In this document: piece by piece, positions 9,356 to 16,078 of the stretch
How positions within the stretch are numbered: position 1 is the first letter of the stretch
How the letters are laid out: every line of letters starts with the position of its first letter
Notes under the pieces: generated by a model
What the model was told of the DNA's origin: nothing
The model's input: the letters and a program-made list of their open reading frames with translations, nothing else
The model's database searches: none
Assembly: GCA_965225805.1 (NCBI GenBank)
Contig: OZ245327.1
Coordinates: 1,604,603 to 1,668,602 of the forward strand
Direction of reading: 5' to 3'
Length of the DNA: 64,000 nt
DNA from: Longimicrobiales bacterium
GTDB taxonomy: Bacteria; Gemmatimonadota; Gemmatimonadetes; Longimicrobiales; Gaopeijiaceae
Position numbers and translations under genes: made by a program

Positions 9356-9621
9356 CTCGGCACGCGCACTGGCAAGCCGACGCAAGCTCACCTCTTCGCC
9401 CGATGATCGGCGGATGACCGGGCCTCGAACCGGCCAATCAGGTCTATCAGCTGGAGTGATCTCTCTTCGTATCTCATCTTTGAAATGCCGAGCGGTCTCG
9501 GATCGCAGCGGTCGGGTCTCCTCTGCGGATTGATGGTTCCTCCCGTAGAGTAACCCTTCAAGACCTAACCAGGGCAAAGCTGGTGGCGCGTAACCCGACA
9601 CCCGACAGTGGATGCTGCCCG

Positions 9622-10290
9622 CTACCGCAGCGGAGGCCCGCGGCCCGCGGCGAAGCGGTAGCCGACGCCGTGCGCGTTGAAGATGTAGACCGGGTCGGCC
9701 GCGTCGTCGCCGAGCTTCTTGCGGAGCTTCTTGAGGGCGGTGCGCACGCGGTCGGTGTCGCCGGAGCCCCGGCGCCCCCACACCTGCCGGAGTAGCGCCT
9801 CCGTGGTCACGACCCGTCCCCCGCCTGCCGACAGGACGCGCAGCAGCTCGAACTCGGTGGCCGAGAGCTGGACCTCTCGGCCGGCCACGGTGACGCGGCG
9901 CTGGCCGAAGTCGACGGCGAGTTCCCCGCACGCGAACGTCTCGGGCCGGGCGTGGGCGCGTAGCGCCGCCTGGACCCGCGCCAGCAGTTCGGTATGGGAG
10001 AACGGCTTGACGATGTAGTCGGCCGCGCCGCTCGCGAGCGCCTTGGCGATCGTCTCGTCCCGGCCGTAGCCGGAGATGAAGATGACCGGAAGGTCGGCGA
10101 GCGCGGGGATCCGCCCCATCAACTCGATCCCGTCCGTTCCGGGGAGGATGAGGTCGAGCAGCACGAGGCGGGGCTTCTCGGCGCGGATGATGCGGGCGAC
10201 CTCGTCGGGCTCGCCCGTCGCGACCGGGGCGTAGCCCGCGTCGGAGAGGATGTCGCGCACGTAGCGGAGCGTGTGCGGATCGTCGTCCAC
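9622..10290 (-). CDS. OmpR/PhoB-type response regulator (REC + winged helix); N-terminal strand missing from any ATG-initiated ORF
   Basis: ...LVLLDLILPGTDG...DYIVKPF... plus LSATEFELLRVL...VWG...GVGYRF. The RILVVDDD beta-1 strand lies upstream of the first Met and has no start codon in front of it. Confidence 0.7.
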   Translation of the reverse strand: MDDDPHTLRYVRDILSDAGYAPVATGEPDEVARIIRAEKPRLVLLDLILPGTDGIELMGRIPALADLPVIFISGYGRDETIAKALASGAADYIVKPFSHTELLARVQAALRAHARPETFACGELAVDFGQRRVTVAGREVQLSATEFELLRVLSAGGGRVVTTEALLRQVWGRRGSGDTDRVRTALKKLRKKLGDDAADPVYIFNAHGVGYRFAAGRGPPLR

Positions 10291-10334
10291 GACGAGGATG
10301 CGACCCTTGTCCCCCTGCCTCCCGGCCCGGCCGG

Positions 10335-10969
10335 ACGGCGCGCTCGGCGGGGCCGCCTCGGGTGCGGCCGCCCCGGAGGAACTCCGCGCGCTGCCGCTCC
10401 AGCTCCTCGAGCGGCTCCAGGTCCTGCATGGTGACGACGACCGACACGACCCGTCCGGCCGGCGAACGGATCGGCGTGACGTTCAAGAGCGTCCGGACGC
10501 TCCGCCCGTCGGCCACCGAGAGCTCGACCTCCTCGGCCCGCAGGGTCTCCGCGCTCCCGAGCTGCCGGGAGAGGGGAAGTGCCTCGAGCGAGACCTCCCG
10601 TCCGTCCTCGTGCCGGCACGTGATCACTTCGAGCAGTTGCTCCGGCGGGCGGCCCGGGGTGCGGAGGTGCTCGACGATGCGCCGCGCCTCGCGGTTGAAC
10701 GAGACCGGATGGCCGGTTGCGGCGTCGAACACCGCCACGCCGACCGGCGAGGTCTCGATGAGTGCCGCCAGGTCGGTCCGCGCCCGCTCGACCTCGCGGT
10801 GCGTGCGCGCGTTGGCGATCCGGCACTCCCCTTCCCGCGGCGGCTCCCATCCCCCGCCGGTCGCGCCTCGCGACACCCGTTCAACGGCTTCCCCCGGAAC
10901 GCTCGCGGGGGTTCTCCGCCGCCGCATTGGCGGCGGCGTCCCGGACAGGAGGGACACGTGGGACAACAT
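10335..10969 (-). pseudogene. PAS-domain sensor kinase remnant (kinase core deleted)
   Basis: SPVGVAVFDAATGHPVSFNREARRIV...RTLLNVTPIRSPAGRVVSVVVTMQDLEPLEELERQRAEFL stops at the point where the HisKA H-box should begin. About 60 nt later the response regulator continues in another frame. Confidence 0.6.
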
Positions 10970-10984
10970 CGGACAGGAGAGACA
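10942..10984 (-). repeat. direct 15-mer repeat TGTC(T/C)CTCCTGTCCG x2, 28-nt spacing
   Basis: Plus-strand CGGACAGGAGGGACA (10942..10956) and CGGACAGGAGAGACA (10970..10984). The same pair with the same spacing occurs at 36930..36972 in the second element copy. Confidence 0.55.
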
Positions 10985-11001
10985 CTTAGGCGATCTCCTA
11001 G

Positions 11002-12708
11002 CCCGGATTTCTCACACGAGCCGGTTGGCGGTGGTTAGGCGGGCGACTCGACGAGCCGTCGCGAGTGGCGGGGCCATTATGAGGCGAAATATCGGGCCGT
11101 CATAGTCGGATGCGGGGCGGAGAGGCGCCCGGGGAGGGGTGTGCGCGGCGTTGGCGGATCCCGGCGGGGCGAGCGGGCAGACCGGTCCCTCCGCCGCGGG
11201 GAAGCGGCGGGAGTCACGGTCCGGGGGTGGCGGTTTCTATCCGGGTAATCGGGCGTGGACGCGGGCGAAGGCGGAGGCGGAGGGATGCGCGGAGTCCATG
11301 GCGACCTTGACCCTGCGCGCCGAGACCATCACGCGCGCTCCGATTTTGAGGAGCTTCAGGCGCAGCGTGCCGGCGGTGGCGCGGGCCAGGCCGGTGCCGC
11401 AGAGCGCGCGGCGCAGCGCGGCCATGAGGATGGAGGCGAAGGCGGAGAAGAGGAGACGGAGCTGGTTGGCGGGGAAGCGGGTGGCGGAGGTCCGGTCGGC
11501 GAACAGATCGAGCTGCTGCTCCTTGATGGCGTTCTCGGCGTTGCCCCGGGGGCAGTACACGCGTTCGTAGACGGTCCGGGGGGAGACGGTCTCCGGGAGC
11601 GAGGTGACGACGAAGCGGGGGTTGGGCTTGCCGGGCAGATGCTCGGCCTTGGCGATGACGCGGCGCGAGCGGGACCAGCTCCTCCGGGTGGAGTGGGCGA
11701 ACTCCTCGTAGATGCGGACCGGGCGGCGGCGGCCCCGCGACTCGACCCGGGCGGCGAGGAGTTCCGGCGCGATTCTCCGGGCGAGCCGGGCGTTGCGGGC
11801 GACGCCGATGACGTAGTCCACGCCGTTGTCCTCGCACCAGGCCAGCAGTTCCTCGCGGGCGTAGGCGGAGTCGGCCCGCACCAGGATGCCGAGCCCGGGC
11901 CACCGGCGGCGCAGCCGGGCGACGATGCGGGCGAGCGCTTCGGTCGCGCCCGAAGCGGCGCCGGAGTTGCCCGGCCGGAGCACGGCGCACAGCGGGTGCT
12001 TGCCGCAGAAGATGTAGAGCGGCAGGAGGCAGTGGTGGCCGTAGTAGCCGTGGAAGGAGCGGCCCTCCTGGCGGCCGTGCACCTTGTCGTCCGTCGCGTC
12101 GATGTCGAGCACGAGCCGCGACGGCGGCAACCGTCCCGGCCAGGACTCGATGAACAGTTCGGTGAGCAGCGCCTGGAGCGCCTCGGGGTCATGGGCGATC
12201 CTGTGATACCGCTCCGACCTCCCGTCCCCGGGTGCGTGCTCGAGGCGGTTCAGCGTGCTCTTGCCCGCCAGCGCCGCGCAGCCCTTGCGCCCTCCCTCGA
12301 GCTTGCCGGACAACAGGGCCAGCAGGGGATCGTGCCGCAGGAAGTCGTGGTCGTTGAGGTCTTCGTATCCCAGGGCGATGCCGGTGATGCGCTGCGCGAC
12401 CAGCGTGCGCACCGAGTGCTCCGTCAGACGCGGATCGCGCCGGTCCGTGAAGCAGGCGGCCACCCGGTCGAACAGCCCGATCGAGCGGTCGGTCCCCCGC
12501 AGCAACAGGGCTCCCCCGTTCGAGGTGATCGAGCCGCCGTCGAACGCGGCCATCACCTTCCTGCCCCCGCACCCTTGAAATCCGAACGAAACGGGTCTAC
12601 ACTGTGTCGGCATCGGTCCTCCGGTTTGGTCACTGTCAAGTTATTGACCCACATAAACTTAACAGTCCCCGGAGGCCGGTGCCACCTTATTGCTTTGAGA
12701 AATTCAGG
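11002..12708 (-). mobile_element. IS1380-family insertion sequence with 4-bp CTAG target duplication
   Basis: Imperfect terminal inverted repeats CCCGGATTTCTCAC... (11002) and the reverse complement of ...GAGAAATTCAGG (12708) = CCTGAATTTCTCAA. Flanked by CTAG at 10998..11001 and 12709..12712. The paralogous empty site at about 36905..36935 reads straight through (GGCGATTTCCCAGGAGTTGAC). Confidence 0.85.
11237..12613 (-). CDS. IS1380-family DDE transposase
   Basis: 458 aa with FDGGSITSNGGALLL, HGYYGHHCLLPLYIF, RADSAYA, CPRGNAENAIKEQQLDLFADRTS blocks typical of IS1380 transposases. Confidence 0.85.
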   Translation of the reverse strand: MPTQCRPVSFGFQGCGGRKVMAAFDGGSITSNGGALLLRGTDRSIGLFDRVAACFTDRRDPRLTEHSVRTLVAQRITGIALGYEDLNDHDFLRHDPLLALLSGKLEGGRKGCAALAGKSTLNRLEHAPGDGRSERYHRIAHDPEALQALLTELFIESWPGRLPPSRLVLDIDATDDKVHGRQEGRSFHGYYGHHCLLPLYIFCGKHPLCAVLRPGNSGAASGATEALARIVARLRRRWPGLGILVRADSAYAREELLAWCEDNGVDYVIGVARNARLARRIAPELLAARVESRGRRRPVRIYEEFAHSTRRSWSRSRRVIAKAEHLPGKPNPRFVVTSLPETVSPRTVYERVYCPRGNAENAIKEQQLDLFADRTSATRFPANQLRLLFSAFASILMAALRRALCGTGLARATAGTLRLKLLKIGARVMVSARRVKVAMDSAHPSASAFARVHARLPG

Positions 12709-12776
12709 CTAGGAGTTGACTTCCTCGAATACGCCTCTTCACCGTTGAGGTCCTTGATACGGCTGGAATCGCAGTC

Positions 12777-13276
12777 ATGCAAACCCTGGAGGAGCAATTC
12801 AACACACGGGTAAGCGCGTTTCTGAGCCGGTCGGGCATGGGTCCGACGACGCTCGGCATGAAGGCGGTGGGCGACCCGAGCCTGCTGCGCCAGATCGAGC
12901 GGGGCCGCTCGCCGTCGCTGAGGACGGCGGACTGGGTTCTGGCGTACATCGCAGGCTTCGACCAGGACCCGGGCAGGGCGCAGGCTCCTCCCGGCCGAAC
13001 CCAAAGGTCGCGGCCCGGGGCGCGGGCGAAGAGAACGCGGAAGAGCGGAGCGGAGACCGGGACCGCGCGGGGAACGAGACCGCCGACCCGCTTCCTGCGG
13101 GTATCGGAGGTGCAGGCGCGGACGGGCCTGTCGCGGAGCACGATCTACCGGTGGTCGGCCGAGAGTCGCTTCCCCCCCCGATCCGGCTGAGCGGGCGCGT
13201 GGTGCGCTGGGTCGAGGCCGCGGTGGAGGACTGGATCCGCGAGCGGATCGCGGAGCGCCGGTGTGCAGGCGCATAG
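12777..13276 (+). pseudogene. alpA: AlpA-like (phage/island regulatory, excisionase-type HTH) gene with a 1-nt frameshift in a C8 run
   Basis: MQTLEEQFNTR...RFLRVSEVQARTGLSRSTIYRWSAESRFPP, then a premature stop. The paralog at 36345..36845 continues ...RFPPPIRLSERVLRWVEAEVEEWI. Copy 1 has TCCCCCCCCG (13171..13180) where copy 2 has CCCCCCGCC, so it is one base short. Confidence 0.8.
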
Positions 13277-13420
13277 GCGGCAGCGTGTGCGAAGGTAAGC
13301 CCGGCCCGAGATCTCGGGCCGCGTGAGCACGCGGAGAAGACCGGTCCGCCGTGTCGAGTCCGGGCACCCGCAGCGGCGGCGCACGGGCTTGTCGGACGCT
13401 GCTAAGGCCCGGGAGCCAGC

Positions 13421-13510
13421 CTACCCTCCGTGGCCACACTCCGTGTGTCTCCCGGAGGGGCTGGCGGGGGGCTGTGCCCCCTCTGACCCCCAACACCGGA
13501 ACGGTGCGCC
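13421..13510 (+). promoter_or_regulatory. oriT-like region (inverted repeat upstream of mobC)
   Basis: CCGTGGCCACACTCCGTGTGTCTCCCGGAGGGGCTGGCGGGGGGCTGTGCCCCCTCTGACCCCC. The GGGGGGC/GCCCCC hairpin is conserved at 46150..46240 on the other strand. Position immediately 5' of mobC-relaxase is typical for oriT. Confidence 0.5.
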
Positions 13511-13849
13511 GTGAGCGCCGGACGCGCCGTTTGGGTGAAGGTCCGCGCCAGTGACGCGGAGCGTGCCGAGTGGCACGCCAAGGCGCGCTCCGCCGGCTTG
13601 ACGCTGTCGGATCTGGTGCGCCGGTCGCTCGGCCGGGCGCGCACCTGGACCGTGCCGCACGCGGAGGTCGAGCGCGAGCGCACCCGGGAGGCGGCGCGCA
13701 TCGGAAACAACCTCAACCAGATCGCCAGGTGGGCCAATACCCACAAGGGGGCGGCCGAGGCCGTCGAGGTCATCGCCCGCCTTGTCGCCATCGAGCGGGC
13801 GCTCACGGCGCTGGCTCGCTTCGAGAGCCCGGACCGCGATGCACATTAA
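13511..13849 (+). CDS. mobC: MobC-family mobilization relaxosome accessory protein
   Basis: 112 aa: VWVKVRASDAERAEWHAKARSAGLTLSDLVRR...IGNNLNQIARWAN (ribbon-helix-helix plus the NNLNQIAR motif). Stop overlaps the relaxase start. Confidence 0.8.
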   Translation: MSAGRAVWVKVRASDAERAEWHAKARSAGLTLSDLVRRSLGRARTWTVPHAEVERERTREAARIGNNLNQIARWANTHKGAAEAVEVIARLVAIERALTALARFESPDRDAH

Positions 13850-15404
13850 GTTCCTGGCCCGTGGAACCGGCTCGGCGCGGGACGCGACCGGCTACCTCCT
13901 CGGGGAGCGGGACGCGACCGGGAAGCCGCGCGAGGGCGTCGAGGTGCTGCGGGGGAACCCGGAAATGGTGGCCGCGGTGGCCGACTCGCTCGACTTCGAG
14001 CACAGGTACACCTCCGGCGTGATCGCCTGGGCACCGGACGACCAACCCACCGACGAGCAGATCGAGGCGGTCCTGGACGCCTTCGAGGAGACGGCTTGGG
14101 CCGGGCTGGAGCGCGACCGCTACGCATGGACGGCGGTGCTCCACCGGGAGGAAGACGGCGGCGCGCACGTCCATGTCCTCGCGGCGCGATGCGACCTGGA
14201 GACCGGGCGGAGCCTCAACATCGCCCCTCCGGGTTGGCGGAAAACGTTCGATCCACTCCGGGACGCCTTCAACCACGAGCACGGTTGGAGCCGTCCGGAC
14301 GACTCGGCGCGGGCCAGGGTGGAGCAACCCGGCCACCGCGCCTACATCGAGGCGGCGCGGCTGCGGGCCGGGCTTCGGCTCGAATCCTCCCCCCGCGACC
14401 TGATCCGGGACTACTTGCTCCAGCGTGTCGAGCACGGAACGGTGCGGAATCGCCACGAAGTCGTCGCCGCCCTGCGGGAGGCGGGCCTCGAAGTGCCGCG
14501 CCAAGGCAAGGACTACATCACGGTGCTGGACCCCGACAGCGGGGACCGGTGGCGGCTGAAAGGAGAACTGTACGCATTTGATTTCGAGCGCGAACGATTT
14601 GACCGACCGGCTGCGGAGACGGCTGGAGACCGAACGCAGGGAGATCGAGGAGTTGACCGCGAGCGAGCTCGAAAGGCTCGGCGAGAACTCGCGGCGCGTT
14701 GCGAGGAACGCGCTCAGTACCATCGAGCGCGATACGGAGGAGGCGACCGGGCGGGTGCGCGAGTTGCTGCTCAAGGCGTGGCTCCGGCCGCTGATCGTCG
14801 GCCTGAGCCTCTGGCTCGGTTTCTTCGGCGGAAGCTGGGCGACGATGCAGTGGTTGTCGAGGAACATCCAAGCCCGGATCGAGACCGCGGCCGGGCTGGG
14901 CCGGGACATCGAGGACGCCCGGAGGACGCTGGCCCAGCTGGAGGAGGACACCTGGGGGCTCGTGTTCCACGAGATCAAGGGCGAGAGGTTCGTGGTGGTG
15001 CCGGACGGGGTGCTGGCCCGTCCGCCCTGGTGGGTGGACGACCGTCCGGCGTTGAAGCTGTCGAACGAGTGAAGGAGGTTTATGACCGCGTTAGAGGAGC
15101 AGTTGACGAGGGCCTTGCGGAGGTTGTCCGCGCAGTGCGAGACGGAACAGCGGCGGCAATCCGGGCAGGTCGAAGCCTTGCGGCGGCGCGTCGAGCGGCA
15201 AAGCGGGGAGAACGAAGCCTTGCGGCAGCGCGTCGAGCGGCTGAGCGCGGAGAACGAAGTCTTGCAGCGGCAAATCGAGCGGCTCGACGTGCAAGTGACA
15301 CGCTTGGCCGAGTATTACGGGACATCCGCCGTCGCGAGACCGCACGGCCTCCGTATCTGATGCGCCGCCCGGGACCGAATCGCGATCAGGGTCCGAGCCG
15401 TTGA
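13839..15404 (+). CDS. MobA/VirD2-type relaxase; only about the first 250 codons look selected in this frame
   Basis: MHIKFLARGTGSARDATGYLLGE...YTSGVIAW...GGAHVHVLAARCDLETG (catalytic Tyr region and HxH metal motif). The frame stays open to 15404. From about 14580 third-position G+C collapses in this frame while the +1 frame becomes codon-like. Confidence 0.7.
   Translation: MHIKFLARGTGSARDATGYLLGERDATGKPREGVEVLRGNPEMVAAVADSLDFEHRYTSGVIAWAPDDQPTDEQIEAVLDAFEETAWAGLERDRYAWTAVLHREEDGGAHVHVLAARCDLETGRSLNIAPPGWRKTFDPLRDAFNHEHGWSRPDDSARARVEQPGHRAYIEAARLRAGLRLESSPRDLIRDYLLQRVEHGTVRNRHEVVAALREAGLEVPRQGKDYITVLDPDSGDRWRLKGELYAFDFERERFDRPAAETAGDRTQGDRGVDRERARKARRELAARCEERAQYHRARYGGGDRAGARVAAQGVAPAADRRPEPLARFLRRKLGDDAVVVEEHPSPDRDRGRAGPGHRGRPEDAGPAGGGHLGARVPRDQGREVRGGAGRGAGPSALVGGRPSGVEAVERVKEVYDRVRGAVDEGLAEVVRAVRDGTAAAIRAGRSLAAARRAAKRGERSLAAARRAAERGERSLAAANRAARRASDTLGRVLRDIRRRETARPPYLMRRPGPNRDQGPSR
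14578..15072 (+). CDS. hypothetical coiled-coil / single-TM protein (ORF-B), nested in the +1 frame of the relaxase ORF
   Basis: TTG start 11 nt after AAAGGAG. Roughly nine of ten codons end in G/C by eye. Hydrophobic segment LRPLIVGLSLWLGFFGGSW. The paralog at 44588..45082 differs mostly by synonymous or conservative changes in this frame. Confidence 0.6.
   Translation: MISSANDLTDRLRRRLETERREIEELTASELERLGENSRRVARNALSTIERDTEEATGRVRELLLKAWLRPLIVGLSLWLGFFGGSWATMQWLSRNIQARIETAAGLGRDIEDARRTLAQLEEDTWGLVFHEIKGERFVVVPDGVLARPPWWVDDRPALKLSNE
15082..15360 (+). CDS. hypothetical coiled-coil protein (ORF-C), also inside the relaxase ORF in the +1 frame
   Basis: AGGAGG then ATG 15082. Heptad-repeat sequence EALRRRVERQSGENEALRQRVERLSAENEVLQRQIERL. 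High third-position G+C. Paralog at 44321..44578. Confidence 0.55.
   Translation: MTALEEQLTRALRRLSAQCETEQRRQSGQVEALRRRVERQSGENEALRQRVERLSAENEVLQRQIERLDVQVTRLAEYYGTSAVARPHGLRI
15172..15288 (+). repeat. 42-bp tandem repeat (about 2.8 units) inside ORF-C
   Basis: GAAGCCTTGCGGCGGCGCGTCGAGCGGCAAAGCGGGGAGAAC / GAAGCCTTGCGGCAGCGCGTCGAGCGGCTGAGCGCGGAGAAC / GAAGTCTTGCAGCGGCAAATCGAGCGGCTCGAC. Confidence 0.85.
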
Positions 15405-15620
15405 TGGTTTCCGGCCGTCACGGCCGCAAGCTCCCGCGCGCCACGGCTGCCACGATGATCGTGACGCAAACCGAAAGACGGCCAAGGATATACGGAACCG
15501 GCGGTGTGTCCGGATTGGAGGCGATTTCGTGTCCGCCTACCAACCGATGTCGGACGGACACCGGCGCTCTGGCCCCGGCGATGCGATTCCGGGAGCGGCA
15601 ACGCCGCTTGGTGAACGACG
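15405..15620 (+). repeat. non-coding module M2 (copy 1 of 3)
   Basis: GTCACGGCCGCAAGCTCCCGCGCGCCACGGC...GCAAACCGAAAGACGGCCAAGGATATACGGAACCGGCGGTGTGTCCGG...GATTTCGTGTCCGCC aligns with 20402..20600 and 60729..60900. Confidence 0.7.
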
Positions 15621-15857
15621 ACCGTGGCAGGTCGTTCGGCAGGTCCCGGCCCAGGCTCGTGGGGGACGGCTCCGAAGGGGGATCGGAGGTCGTGGCGTGC
15701 CACGTCATCTGGAGCACCGGGCTGTTACGTTAGAATCCGCAGTTGAAGGCATTGGGACATGGGGCTCGTCCACTGCGTCCCTAGGCGAATCAAGAACCAA
15801 GCCAGCGACGCCAGTACCAGCGCGGCGCCCGCAAGGCCCAGATCGGAGGGCCCAAAG

Positions 15858-16070
15858 ATGAATCGACAACACGTTACTTCGAGCAACATCTCTGCTGTCG
15901 GATACGACGCATCGGACGGGACGCTGGAGGTGGAATTCCACGATGGGAGCATCTATCAATACTCTGCTGTTCCAGCCTCGGTCTATCGGGGCCTGCTCGA
16001 CGCGCCATCGAAGGGTTCATACTTCCACGCCCACATCCGAACTACCTACCCGTATCGCCGACTGAGATAG
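15858..16070 (+). CDS. KTSC domain-containing small protein
   Basis: MNRQHVTSSNISAVGYDASDGTLEVEFHDGSIYQYSAVPASVYRGLLDAPSKGSYFHAHIRTTYPYRRL matches the KTSC pattern (S.i..vgYd....L.V.F..G..Y.Y..VP..v...l..A.S.G.yf...Ir..y.y). Lies 8 nt upstream of the OLD gene. Confidence 0.7.
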   Translation: MNRQHVTSSNISAVGYDASDGTLEVEFHDGSIYQYSAVPASVYRGLLDAPSKGSYFHAHIRTTYPYRRLR

Positions 16071-16078
16071 GCCTTGCC

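Noticed and set aside
9293-10969. 558-aa ORF read as one large sensor protein.
   Set aside because: Only the first ~210 codons (PAS region) look like protein. The remainder is the out-of-frame shadow of the response-regulator gene.
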